From a virus, in the IMG/VR virus record IMGVR_UViG_3300036790_000396, positions 82,945 to 146,944 of that record: DNA of 64,000 nucleotides; one strand, written 5' to 3'. The notes under the pieces were generated by a model. That model did not search any database, was not told where the DNA came from, and saw only the letters and a program-made list of their open reading frames with translations. Shown here piece by piece: positions 56,334-64,000 of this stretch. The number at the start of each line of letters is the position of its first letter. Position 1 is the stretch's first letter. A program made the position numbers and the translations under genes.

Positions 56334-56861
56334 GTGAGCACCGATACCGTCGCGGTTTACGCGTCCCAGGCCACTGTGGTGGTCCGCAACCTCACCAGCA
56401 GCGTCCTGGTGATCGCCAGCGACCCCAAGCGCACGCACGAGGTCAACTTCGAGGCCAAGGGCGCTCCCGACGGCGGTGACTACCAGCACATGCCGCCGGA
56501 GATCATCGCGACCCCCGCGTTCGCCCGGCAGATCTCCCTCGGCACCCTCGAAGTCGTGCAGGGCGCGGATTCCCCCGTTGTCCAGCAGGCCATGCGCGCC
56601 CAGGGTTCCAGGTTCTGGGCGCAGCAGGACAAGGACAGGGACGCCGCGCTGGCGACGATCGACCGGGAGCCCGACCGTGACTTCCAGGTGCTGAAGTGCG
56701 TGGGCCCCGGCACCCGGGCCGGGTCCCCGTGCGGTACCGACATCCCCCTGCGCGTCACGGAGCTGGCCACTGCCGTCCCGCTGTGCACCGCGCACGAGCA
56801 CCTCAAGGACAGGGCCGTGCGCCGCGGCTCGGGCGACTGGCAGATTGAGGGGCAGGCATAA
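56334..56861 (+). CDS. putative virion/assembly protein
   Basis: VVRNL...F.AKG.P.G.D.Q; C-terminal C..C..C..H; first gene of a structural block. Confidence 0.6.
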   Translation: MSTDTVAVYASQATVVVRNLTSSVLVIASDPKRTHEVNFEAKGAPDGGDYQHMPPEIIATPAFARQISLGTLEVVQGADSPVVQQAMRAQGSRFWAQQDKDRDAALATIDREPDRDFQVLKCVGPGTRAGSPCGTDIPLRVTELATAVPLCTAHEHLKDRAVRRGSGDWQIEGQA

Positions 56862-57283
56862 TGCACTTCCGCCCGGACCCGGCCGCGATGACCGGCACCT
56901 ACGACACGTCCGACACTGCGGGTCCCGACGCCCGCTTCGGCCGCGTCGAGGACACCTCCTCCGTGTTCGACATCGCCCGCGCCGGCGATCTGCAGTGGGC
57001 GCTGCGCTCGATGGACCCTGGCGACACCGACGTGCCGTTCAACCTTGTCCAGACGTCTCCCGGCCTGACAATTAACCGCGGATCGCCGGATGAGGATAAG
57101 CAGCGAGTGGCAGAAGCTGCTCAGAGGAACCTGCGGCACCTCGTCGGGCACGGCTTCCACCTGGGCAGCGACGGGCTGCCCGTCAGGGACGCCTCCAGCT
57201 TCCACCAGCCGTGGAAGAACCAGGCCCAGGGGCTCGGTCCCGCCGTCAGCATTGACCACCCGCCGACCGGCGCGGCCGGGTGA
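56861..57283 (+). CDS. hypothetical structural-region protein
   Basis: TAATG coupling with the upstream gene. Confidence 0.55.
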   Translation: MHFRPDPAAMTGTYDTSDTAGPDARFGRVEDTSSVFDIARAGDLQWALRSMDPGDTDVPFNLVQTSPGLTINRGSPDEDKQRVAEAAQRNLRHLVGHGFHLGSDGLPVRDASSFHQPWKNQAQGLGPAVSIDHPPTGAAG

Positions 57284-57339
57284 GCCGTCCCCGCTAGCCG
57301 CGCCCCGGAAGGAACAGGACCGCTCCCGAGGAGGACGCC

Positions 57340-60237
57340 TTGAGCACCCCGCTGCCGCCTGATGATGGCGGAGACACCCCGGCTGGCTTCTCGCCTGCTG
57401 CCGATGATGTCCCGACCGAGGGCGTCTACGGCTCCCCGGTGGCGCCCTCTCCCGGCTCGCCGGGCTCCATGGAGGGCAACGCCGCCCAGTCCGCCTCCGA
57501 CGAGGACACGACCGGCACGTCCGTTTCCGGCACCGGCGCCGCGCTTCCCGGCGGCTCCGCCACGGACTCGATTCCCTGGGCCGCTTCCGGCCAGCTCGGC
57601 GGGGAAACCGGTCCCGGCCCGCTCAACGACTCCTCCTACGCGGTAACCGAGGCGGACCCGGAGCGCTACGGCTGGGCTCCCGGCTCCCCCGACACCGAGG
57701 GCGTCTACGGCGGCAGCAAGCCGAACGGCACCCCGACGCAGGCTAACCCGAACGCTTTCAACGGCGTCTCCACCGCCTACGGCGCCCAGGGCGAGATCGA
57801 CACGGTCTCCTCGCTCGGCTCCAACCTGGTGCCGGCGGAGTACCCGAGCCCTAATCTCTACCGCAAGCCGTCCTCGGTGATCGCGGCCAGCGTGAAGGAC
57901 ACCACCCTCACCGACGTGCTCGGCAGCCAGATCGCCTCCGCGCCGCTGACCGATGCCTCCTACGCCGCGACGGACGTCGACACCCTCTACATCGGCGCTC
58001 CCGCCGCCCCCGCGCCGCTCAGCGCGCAGGCGGACGCGTTCACGGACACTGCCGCCGCCACCCGGTACTACCTGACACGGCAGGGCGTCATGCCGGCGAC
58101 GATCGTGGTGAAGGACACTACCCACGCGGGCACGCTGGTCTCCGGCACCGACTACGCCGTCACCACCGCCGGGAACGGCCCGGACACCTCGTCCTACCTC
58201 GTCCTGACCGCGGGCACGAACTACACCGCCGGCGACAGCATCACGATCGCGTACTCCTACGGCACCCCTCAGTACTTCGACAGCAACCTCCCCGTCCCGG
58301 CCGCCCAGTCGCAGGCCGACACCCTGCACCTGTCCCAGCGCCCGGTGCAGCTGCTGGCCTGGAACGTCACCACGTCCGCTGCGGACCTTGCCGTCTACGA
58401 CGTGACGCAGGCCGCGGCGCTGACGTATGACACGGACTACGCCGTCGCCCAGGTCACCGCGCCGCACACCCCCGGGCAGGACTACGCCGAGACGCCGCCG
58501 GTCTCCTACCGGATCTCGTGGAAGCCCACGTCGGCGGTGGCGAAGCTCGGCGACACGATCATGGTCACCTACGACTACGACACCTCCGTGCCGCCGGCCC
58601 CCTCGGTCGGCTCCGCGGCATCGCAGACGGACTCGGTCGCCAGCTTCACGTCCACCGCGTCGGCGCTGAGCAAGACCGGCATCGTCACGCCGCCCGCGGC
58701 CCTGGACGTGCTCGACGTCACCAACGGCAAGACTCTGGTCCTCAATACCGACTACACCGTCGCGATCACCGGCACGGGCTCGACGCTGACCTACAGCGTC
58801 AGCCGCCTGTCCGGCAGCACGAACAGCACTTCCGGCGATCACGTCACCGTCACCTACTCCTACGGCGACGCCGCCTACTTCACCTCCGGCCCGGTCACGC
58901 CCCAGAACGAGGGCGTCTGGGTTCCCTTCGCCCCTCCGTCGGGCACGACCCCGGTCGACTACTATTTCGTCCAGTCCAGCGACCTGGGCACCCAGTACGT
59001 GCCCAAGACCGGCCTGCCCGTGAACTACGGCCAGCCGTCGCCCTCGGGCGGGTCGGCCTGGGGGCAGCCCGCCTACCAGGTCGACGCCTTCTCGGTCCTC
59101 GCTCCCCCTGCCGCCCCGGTCCTGACGACGGCGGCGACCGGGGGCACCGTCGCCGCCGGCGTCTACAAGGCGGAAGTGACCTACGTCAGCGCCACCGGCG
59201 AGTCCGCCGGGTCCGCCCAGGGCACGGTCACCGCGGCCGGCACGACCTCGACGGTCACGGTGCCGTCCCCGCCCGCGGTCGTCGGCGCGACCGGCTGGTA
59301 CGCCTACGTCTCGCAGGCAGGCGGCAGCACCCTCACCCGCCAGCAGGCGGCGGGCACCCCCACCGCGATCGGCACCGCCCTCACGATCAGCGCCCCGCCG
59401 ACGAGCAGCGGCGCCGGTGCGCCGGCCGCAGCCTCCCGGACGATCGCCCTGTCCCGCTCCGGCGTCGTCACCCCGCCCGGGCAGCTGGTCGTCCGGGACC
59501 TCACCAGCATCCAGGAGGACCCGCTCCAGCCCGACGCGAGCGTCCTGATCTACGACTACGACTACACCGTCACGGGAACCGGGACCGGCCCCTGGCAGAC
59601 GTACAGCATCCAGCTGCTGTCGACCTCGGTCAACGCGAAGCCGACAGACACGATCACGGTGTCGTACTGGTGGAACCCGGCCGCCTCCGGCCTGTCGTCC
59701 GCGGAGGACACGCTGACCCTCGCGGCGGGGACGGCCTCCCTGGCGCACCAGGACATCGCCACCGCCCCGCAGGACGTGATCGTGTGGGACACGACGGTCT
59801 CCAGGGCGCTGGCCTACGGCGCCGACTTCACCGTCTCCCTGGACGGCGAGGGGACCGGCCAGTCCGCCTCCCTCTCGGTGATCACCACGGGACCCGCTGG
59901 CGCGGGCGCGGCCGACACGCTGCACGCGTACTACTCCTACGGCTCGGTGCTGGGCACCCTGTTCACCCAGGGACTGCGCACGAACGACGTCCCGGTCGCG
60001 GAGCCGTCCGGCGCTGCGGAGCCAGCGGGCTTCCGGTTCGCGGTCGCCGCCGGCAACCGGGCGGGCCTGGGCCCGTTCTCAGGATGGTCCGACCTGGCCG
60101 CGCCGCTGAACTACAACGCGCCTCAGCCGGGCAGCCAGGGCAGCACCGGCACGATTACCTTCCGGGATCCGGCCAACACGGTCAATCCCATCTACCTGCC
60201 CTCCGGAGAAACTAAGTCCGGCACAGGGCTCGGGTAA
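57340..60237 (+). CDS. large beta-rich virion protein with Ig-like repeats and split FN3-like motif
   Basis: Repeated V.D.T....L....DY.V...G...(D)TI.V.Y.Y units; C-terminal FRFAVAAGNRAGLGPFSGWS. Confidence 0.8.
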   Translation: MSTPLPPDDGGDTPAGFSPAADDVPTEGVYGSPVAPSPGSPGSMEGNAAQSASDEDTTGTSVSGTGAALPGGSATDSIPWAASGQLGGETGPGPLNDSSYAVTEADPERYGWAPGSPDTEGVYGGSKPNGTPTQANPNAFNGVSTAYGAQGEIDTVSSLGSNLVPAEYPSPNLYRKPSSVIAASVKDTTLTDVLGSQIASAPLTDASYAATDVDTLYIGAPAAPAPLSAQADAFTDTAAATRYYLTRQGVMPATIVVKDTTHAGTLVSGTDYAVTTAGNGPDTSSYLVLTAGTNYTAGDSITIAYSYGTPQYFDSNLPVPAAQSQADTLHLSQRPVQLLAWNVTTSAADLAVYDVTQAAALTYDTDYAVAQVTAPHTPGQDYAETPPVSYRISWKPTSAVAKLGDTIMVTYDYDTSVPPAPSVGSAASQTDSVASFTSTASALSKTGIVTPPAALDVLDVTNGKTLVLNTDYTVAITGTGSTLTYSVSRLSGSTNSTSGDHVTVTYSYGDAAYFTSGPVTPQNEGVWVPFAPPSGTTPVDYYFVQSSDLGTQYVPKTGLPVNYGQPSPSGGSAWGQPAYQVDAFSVLAPPAAPVLTTAATGGTVAAGVYKAEVTYVSATGESAGSAQGTVTAAGTTSTVTVPSPPAVVGATGWYAYVSQAGGSTLTRQQAAGTPTAIGTALTISAPPTSSGAGAPAAASRTIALSRSGVVTPPGQLVVRDLTSIQEDPLQPDASVLIYDYDYTVTGTGTGPWQTYSIQLLSTSVNAKPTDTITVSYWWNPAASGLSSAEDTLTLAAGTASLAHQDIATAPQDVIVWDTTVSRALAYGADFTVSLDGEGTGQSASLSVITTGPAGAGAADTLHAYYSYGSVLGTLFTQGLRTNDVPVAEPSGAAEPAGFRFAVAAGNRAGLGPFSGWSDLAAPLNYNAPQPGSQGSTGTITFRDPANTVNPIYLPSGETKSGTGLG

Positions 60238-60453
60238 GGGAATCACAGAACAGGGAGCGCGAAGAGAAAAGATCCGGCGAGACAGAGAAGCAGCGGAAGA
60301 AAAGAGAAGCCGCAGCTCGATATTACCGGAATAACAGAGAGCGTCTCCTGCAGGCTCAGAAGGAAAGAGATTCCGGACGGGCAGGAGAAAAAAGAGCTTA
60401 CAGCCAGGAATACTACCGGCGCGAAAAAGAGCGCCATGAAGGAGGTGGTGCAG
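60238..60453 (+). pseudogene. remnant of a homing-endonuclease helical region
   Basis: Start-less purine-rich frame reads KKREAAARYYRNNRERLL...RAYSQEYYRREKE; no catalytic motif. Confidence 0.5.
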
Positions 60454-61132
60454 ATGAGCACTTATTCAACATTTCTTAACTTGAAACTGAATGAGTCTTC
60501 TTTAGGCTGACCCTTTCCTGCTGAGCGATTTCGTCGGCAACTGGTCCATCCTCGACCAGTCTCCTGGCGTGTACGTCTGCACGTCGTCCTCGCGCCCCTC
60601 CTGGGGCAGCGGGCAGGCCGGGCGCCTCATCTTCATGACCGACTACAAGTGCCTGTCCTACTGGACGGGCTCGGCATGGTCCGACATGAGCAACGCGGCG
60701 CCGGCCTTCGCCGGGGGCACTTCCCCCAGCTATGCCATCGCGCCGAACGCGTCGGTGAGCCTCACCGTACTGTCGTTCACGCTGGGGCGCCCGGCCTCGC
60801 TCGCCATCATCCTGAGCGGCACCTACTACGCTGCCTACAACGTCAGCCAGACGCTGTCCCAGCGCATTCTCGTCGACGGCTCCGGCTCCACGGCCCAGCA
60901 GCTGGGGGGCTCGCGCACGGGCGTCGGATTCAGCGCGTCGGCGCCGGGCAACGACGGCGCGCACGGCGGCCAGACCGGCACGGCCACGAGCCTGCAGATG
61001 GCCACGGGCCTCTCCGCCGGGGCCCACACGATCGGCATCGGGATCGACATGGGGGACGCCACTTTCAACGACCTCACCCTGGAGGGCACCCAGGTGCTGG
61101 CGCTCATCTCATTCACCGGATCGAGCCTGTAG
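60454..61132 (+). CDS. minor tail/virion protein with apparent +1 frameshift at ~60505
   Basis: GGAGG-ATG MSTYSTFLNLKLNESS stops at 60510; the +1 frame continues ADPFLLSDFVGNWSILDQSPGVYVCTSSSRP. Confidence 0.6.
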
Positions 61133-61138
61133 GCGCCC

Positions 61139-62050
61139 ATGGCTGACGTGCTGATCAACGGGGACCTGGCCGACTGGAAGGACCGCGAGTACGTCAGCCA
61201 GTTCAGCATGCCGGCCCTCGACTTCGAGGTGTGGATCGACGGCCAGCGCGCCGACCCCGACGGCGGCACGGCATCCGCAGTCCTGTGGCTGCAGAACGGC
61301 GACGGCACCCAGTCGCAGGCAGCCTCCTACACCGCTGACCACGTCGCGACCGGCCTGTTCCGCGTCACCCCGTCCAGCCAGGACACCGGGCAGCCCTCCG
61401 ACGCGGCCCTGGTCTGGTCCTACTCCTACCAGGGCATGCCCCAGCAGTACGTCTCCCCGCTCGTCATCGGCCCGGCCAATCCGCACTACGACCGGCTGCC
61501 GTGGATGATGAAGGACGAGATCGAGCTGTGCTGGGCCCGGTTCGCTGACTGCGCCGATTCCCCGAGCGGCGGCCCGAACATCTCCGCGACGCCCTATTTC
61601 CAGGCGCACTGGTCCCGGGGCCGGATGGCGCAGATGGCCGAGATCGCCATCGGCAAGATCAACGGCTCCTCGCAGCCCTACAGCCGGTATTCCCTGGACG
61701 GGCACAGCGGCCCGATGTTCCCGGTCCGCGCCTGGGGCGGCCTGCTGCAGGCGCAGACGTTCGTGGAGTCGGTGAGGCACCTGATCCGCTCCTACAACGA
61801 GCAGCCGCTCCTGGCAGGCGGCGGCGGCATCACCCGCCTGGACCGCCGCGACTACACTGACCGGTGGCGCGAGACTCTCCGGGACGAGGAACCCGACCTG
61901 AAGAACATGCTGGACGTCTTTAAGATCCGACACATGGGGCTTTCGAACCCACGTGTCCTAGTTTCAGGTGGAACGTACGGAAGATACGCCCCTACCAGGA
62001 TCGCAGGCAGCGTGGCCGCCAGGCCCCGCATGTGGGCAAGATGGTACTGA
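61139..62050 (+). CDS. putative head-to-tail adaptor/neck protein
   Basis: DS..GGP, HLIRSY.EQP, RLDRRDY..RW motifs; synteny after head genes. Confidence 0.55.
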   Translation: MADVLINGDLADWKDREYVSQFSMPALDFEVWIDGQRADPDGGTASAVLWLQNGDGTQSQAASYTADHVATGLFRVTPSSQDTGQPSDAALVWSYSYQGMPQQYVSPLVIGPANPHYDRLPWMMKDEIELCWARFADCADSPSGGPNISATPYFQAHWSRGRMAQMAEIAIGKINGSSQPYSRYSLDGHSGPMFPVRAWGGLLQAQTFVESVRHLIRSYNEQPLLAGGGGITRLDRRDYTDRWRETLRDEEPDLKNMLDVFKIRHMGLSNPRVLVSGGTYGRYAPTRIAGSVAARPRMWARWY

Positions 62051-62350
62051 CATTCGGCAGTGACGCCCGAGCCTGACGAAAAAGCACGGGACAGGAGGCT
62101 GGCCATGTGCGAGACCGCTGGTGATCCCGGCGAGCAGCTGCGCGTGCTTGCCTCATTCTTCACGCCGCTGCCGTCCGGGGAATACGAGGAGCAGCTCCGC
62201 GTCCTGCGCGAGGCCGGGACAGCCGGTCCCGATGCGATCATGAAGTTCGCTTCCCCGCGCCTGTCCGGGGATCCCTGATACGGTTTCCGTCGGCAGCATC
62301 TCAAGGTTTCTTGCTACTATGGGCGCGACATACCCTTGGAGGGAGTGACC

Positions 62351-62671
62351 ATGAACGGAGAGACGGCAGCGGGCTGGCGCAAAAGCTCGCTCTCGGAAGC
62401 GGGCAACTGCGTCGAGGCGGCCTCCGGGCGCAGAAAGGCAGCGCCCGGCATGCCCGGCGGCGCCTGCGCCGATGCCGCCGCAGGGCGCGGCGGCTGGGGG
62501 GCCGTGGTCTACGTGGCTGACACCTCCGAGGGAACCGGCTTCGGCCGCACTGTCCTGGAGTTCACTTCCTCCGCGTGGGAACGCTTCACCGGCACCCTGC
62601 GCGGCTGCTCGTGTGCCTGCCGGGCGTGCCGGGACGGGAATTGCTGGATGTGCCCCAACGGAGGTCACTAG
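62351..62671 (+). CDS. DUF397 domain protein
   Basis: WRKSSLSEAGNCVEAA...V.V.D....L.F...AW..F. Confidence 0.8.
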   Translation: MNGETAAGWRKSSLSEAGNCVEAASGRRKAAPGMPGGACADAAAGRGGWGAVVYVADTSEGTGFGRTVLEFTSSAWERFTGTLRGCSCACRACRDGNCWMCPNGGH

Positions 62672-62674
62672 ACC

Positions 62675-63478
62675 GTGCTCGATCCTGAATCATCCGTCCC
62701 GGGCAAGGTCATCCTCGCCGGGGACTGGCACGCCAACTCCCAGTGGGCGTGCCATGTCATCACCATGGCCGCGGGGCTGCTGGACGGCGAGCCCCGCAAG
62801 ATCATCATCCAGCTGGGCGATTTCGGGTTCCTGCCGGGGAAGCAGGGATACCTGTCCGCGCTGCAGCGCGTCCTGGCGGACGCGGGGGCAGAGCTGTGGT
62901 TCATCGACGGCAACCACGAGTGGCACCCCGAGCTGCAGCGCCTGCACGCGGACGAGCCCGGCCCCGTGCGCCTGGGCCCTCCCGAGTCCCGGATCTGGCA
63001 CCTTCCCCGCGGCACCCGCTGGGAATGGCGCGGAAGGAAATGGCTCGCGGTCGGCGGGGCCGGATCCGTCGACTGGATCGCCCGGACCCCTGGCCAGTCC
63101 TGGTGGCCCGAGGAGATCATCACCGGGCAGCAGGCTTACGAGATCTGCGCCGGCGGCCGGGCGGACGTCATGCTCTGCCATGACTGCCCGCCCGACGCGT
63201 GGCCGACCGGCCTCCCGGCCGGCTCCCAGCTCTGGGACTACTCCTACGCGGACAAGAGCAACCGGAACCTTGGCACGATCTGGCGCCACGTCTCCCCGTC
63301 GCGCACGTTCCACGGCCACCTGCACGGGAACTACCTCTGGGCCCAGGAGCACGCGGACCGCCAGGTGCAGGGCCTGGACATGGACGGCGAGAACGGCAAC
63401 TACGCCGTGCTCAGCACGGACGCCGTGGAGCTGTCGTTCCCCGAGCGCGCCTCAGCCGCAGTCCGGGCACGGGACTAG
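62675..63478 (+). CDS. calcineurin-like metallophosphoesterase
   Basis: GDWH, GDFG, DGNHE, CHD, FHGHLH. Confidence 0.9.
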   Translation: MLDPESSVPGKVILAGDWHANSQWACHVITMAAGLLDGEPRKIIIQLGDFGFLPGKQGYLSALQRVLADAGAELWFIDGNHEWHPELQRLHADEPGPVRLGPPESRIWHLPRGTRWEWRGRKWLAVGGAGSVDWIARTPGQSWWPEEIITGQQAYEICAGGRADVMLCHDCPPDAWPTGLPAGSQLWDYSYADKSNRNLGTIWRHVSPSRTFHGHLHGNYLWAQEHADRQVQGLDMDGENGNYAVLSTDAVELSFPERASAAVRARD

Positions 63479-63543
63479 CTCATGGCCGTTCCAGATCGTG
63501 CCCGAGCCGCCGCAGCGCTTGCAGTCCGGGTCGTAGGAGTCTC

Positions 63544-63831
63544 TCACCGTGTCTCCGGGGCGTCAGGCACGTTACCCGGGAGCGGGGGCACCGGATCGAA
63601 TTCCTCGGCCAGGCCCAGCTCCAGCCGGCGCAGCTTCTGGCGGCGCACGACTGAGACGCCGCGGGCGATGTCGTACTGGGTGGACCAGTTGCCGGCGAAG
63701 ATCCGCTGCATGAGGCGCCGCGTCTCGCTGTCGTCGCCCCGGAGGGCGATATAGCGGTCCATGAGGGGGCTGGCGATGCCGAACGTGAAGATGTACCCGT
63801 TCGGCCAGCTGGCGTAGGAGGGAACAGTCAT
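63544..63831 (-). CDS. hypothetical protein
   Basis: YIFTFG...R..M...F..NWSTQY; TTTATTGG-TAACGT promoter upstream. Confidence 0.6.
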   Translation of the reverse strand: MTVPSYASWPNGYIFTFGIASPLMDRYIALRGDDSETRRLMQRIFAGNWSTQYDIARGVSVVRRQKLRRLELGLAEEFDPVPPLPGNVPDAPETR

Positions 63832-64000
63832 ATCCTCACGTTACCAATAAACCTTATGACCCGCCAGCGTTGTCGATCCGCCGCGCCAGCGCGTCGTGAT
63901 GGTCGTCGAGCTTCGCGCTCAGCCGCTCCTCCATCGCCATCATCTCCGTCGTCACGTGCGCCTTCATCTCCTCGCGCTTGCGCTCGTCATGCTCGGCGTG

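Noticed and set aside
1-64000. CRISPR array, rRNA, integrase, transposase, reverse transcriptase
   Set aside because: No regularly spaced repeats or diagnostic motifs seen.

Overview
This window is a GC-rich (~70%) segment of a large actinobacterial phage. Its head-gene set resembles the Bxz1/cluster C-type myophages, and bldC-like and DUF397 genes point to a filamentous actinomycete host. The head morphogenesis region contains an intein-split Zn-ribbon protein, an intein-split portal, very large modular proteins, a prohead protease/scaffold, a capsid decoration protein and the major capsid protein. It is interleaved with homing endonucleases and with islands of small, often leaderless accessory genes that share a TTTATTG(G/A)TA promoter motif. 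The strongest unusual signals are: (1) a divergent ncRNA locus at ~55.05-55.70 kb with two tandem circularly permuted tRNA-like domains directly upstream of a conserved helical protein gene, plus a second cluster of tRNA-like RNAs with abnormal anticodon arms at ~13.9-14.25 kb; (2) head-associated polyproteins built from shuffled modules, including five ADP-ribosyltransferase-like domains, separated by recurrent xAS(L)R/RTA(A) linkers that look like prohead-protease sites; (3) two splicing-free homing-endonuclease invasions of the protease gene, one supplying a recoded replacement 5' end and one nested antisense while the host frame stays open. All family assignments are by-eye motif recognition; no database searches were run.
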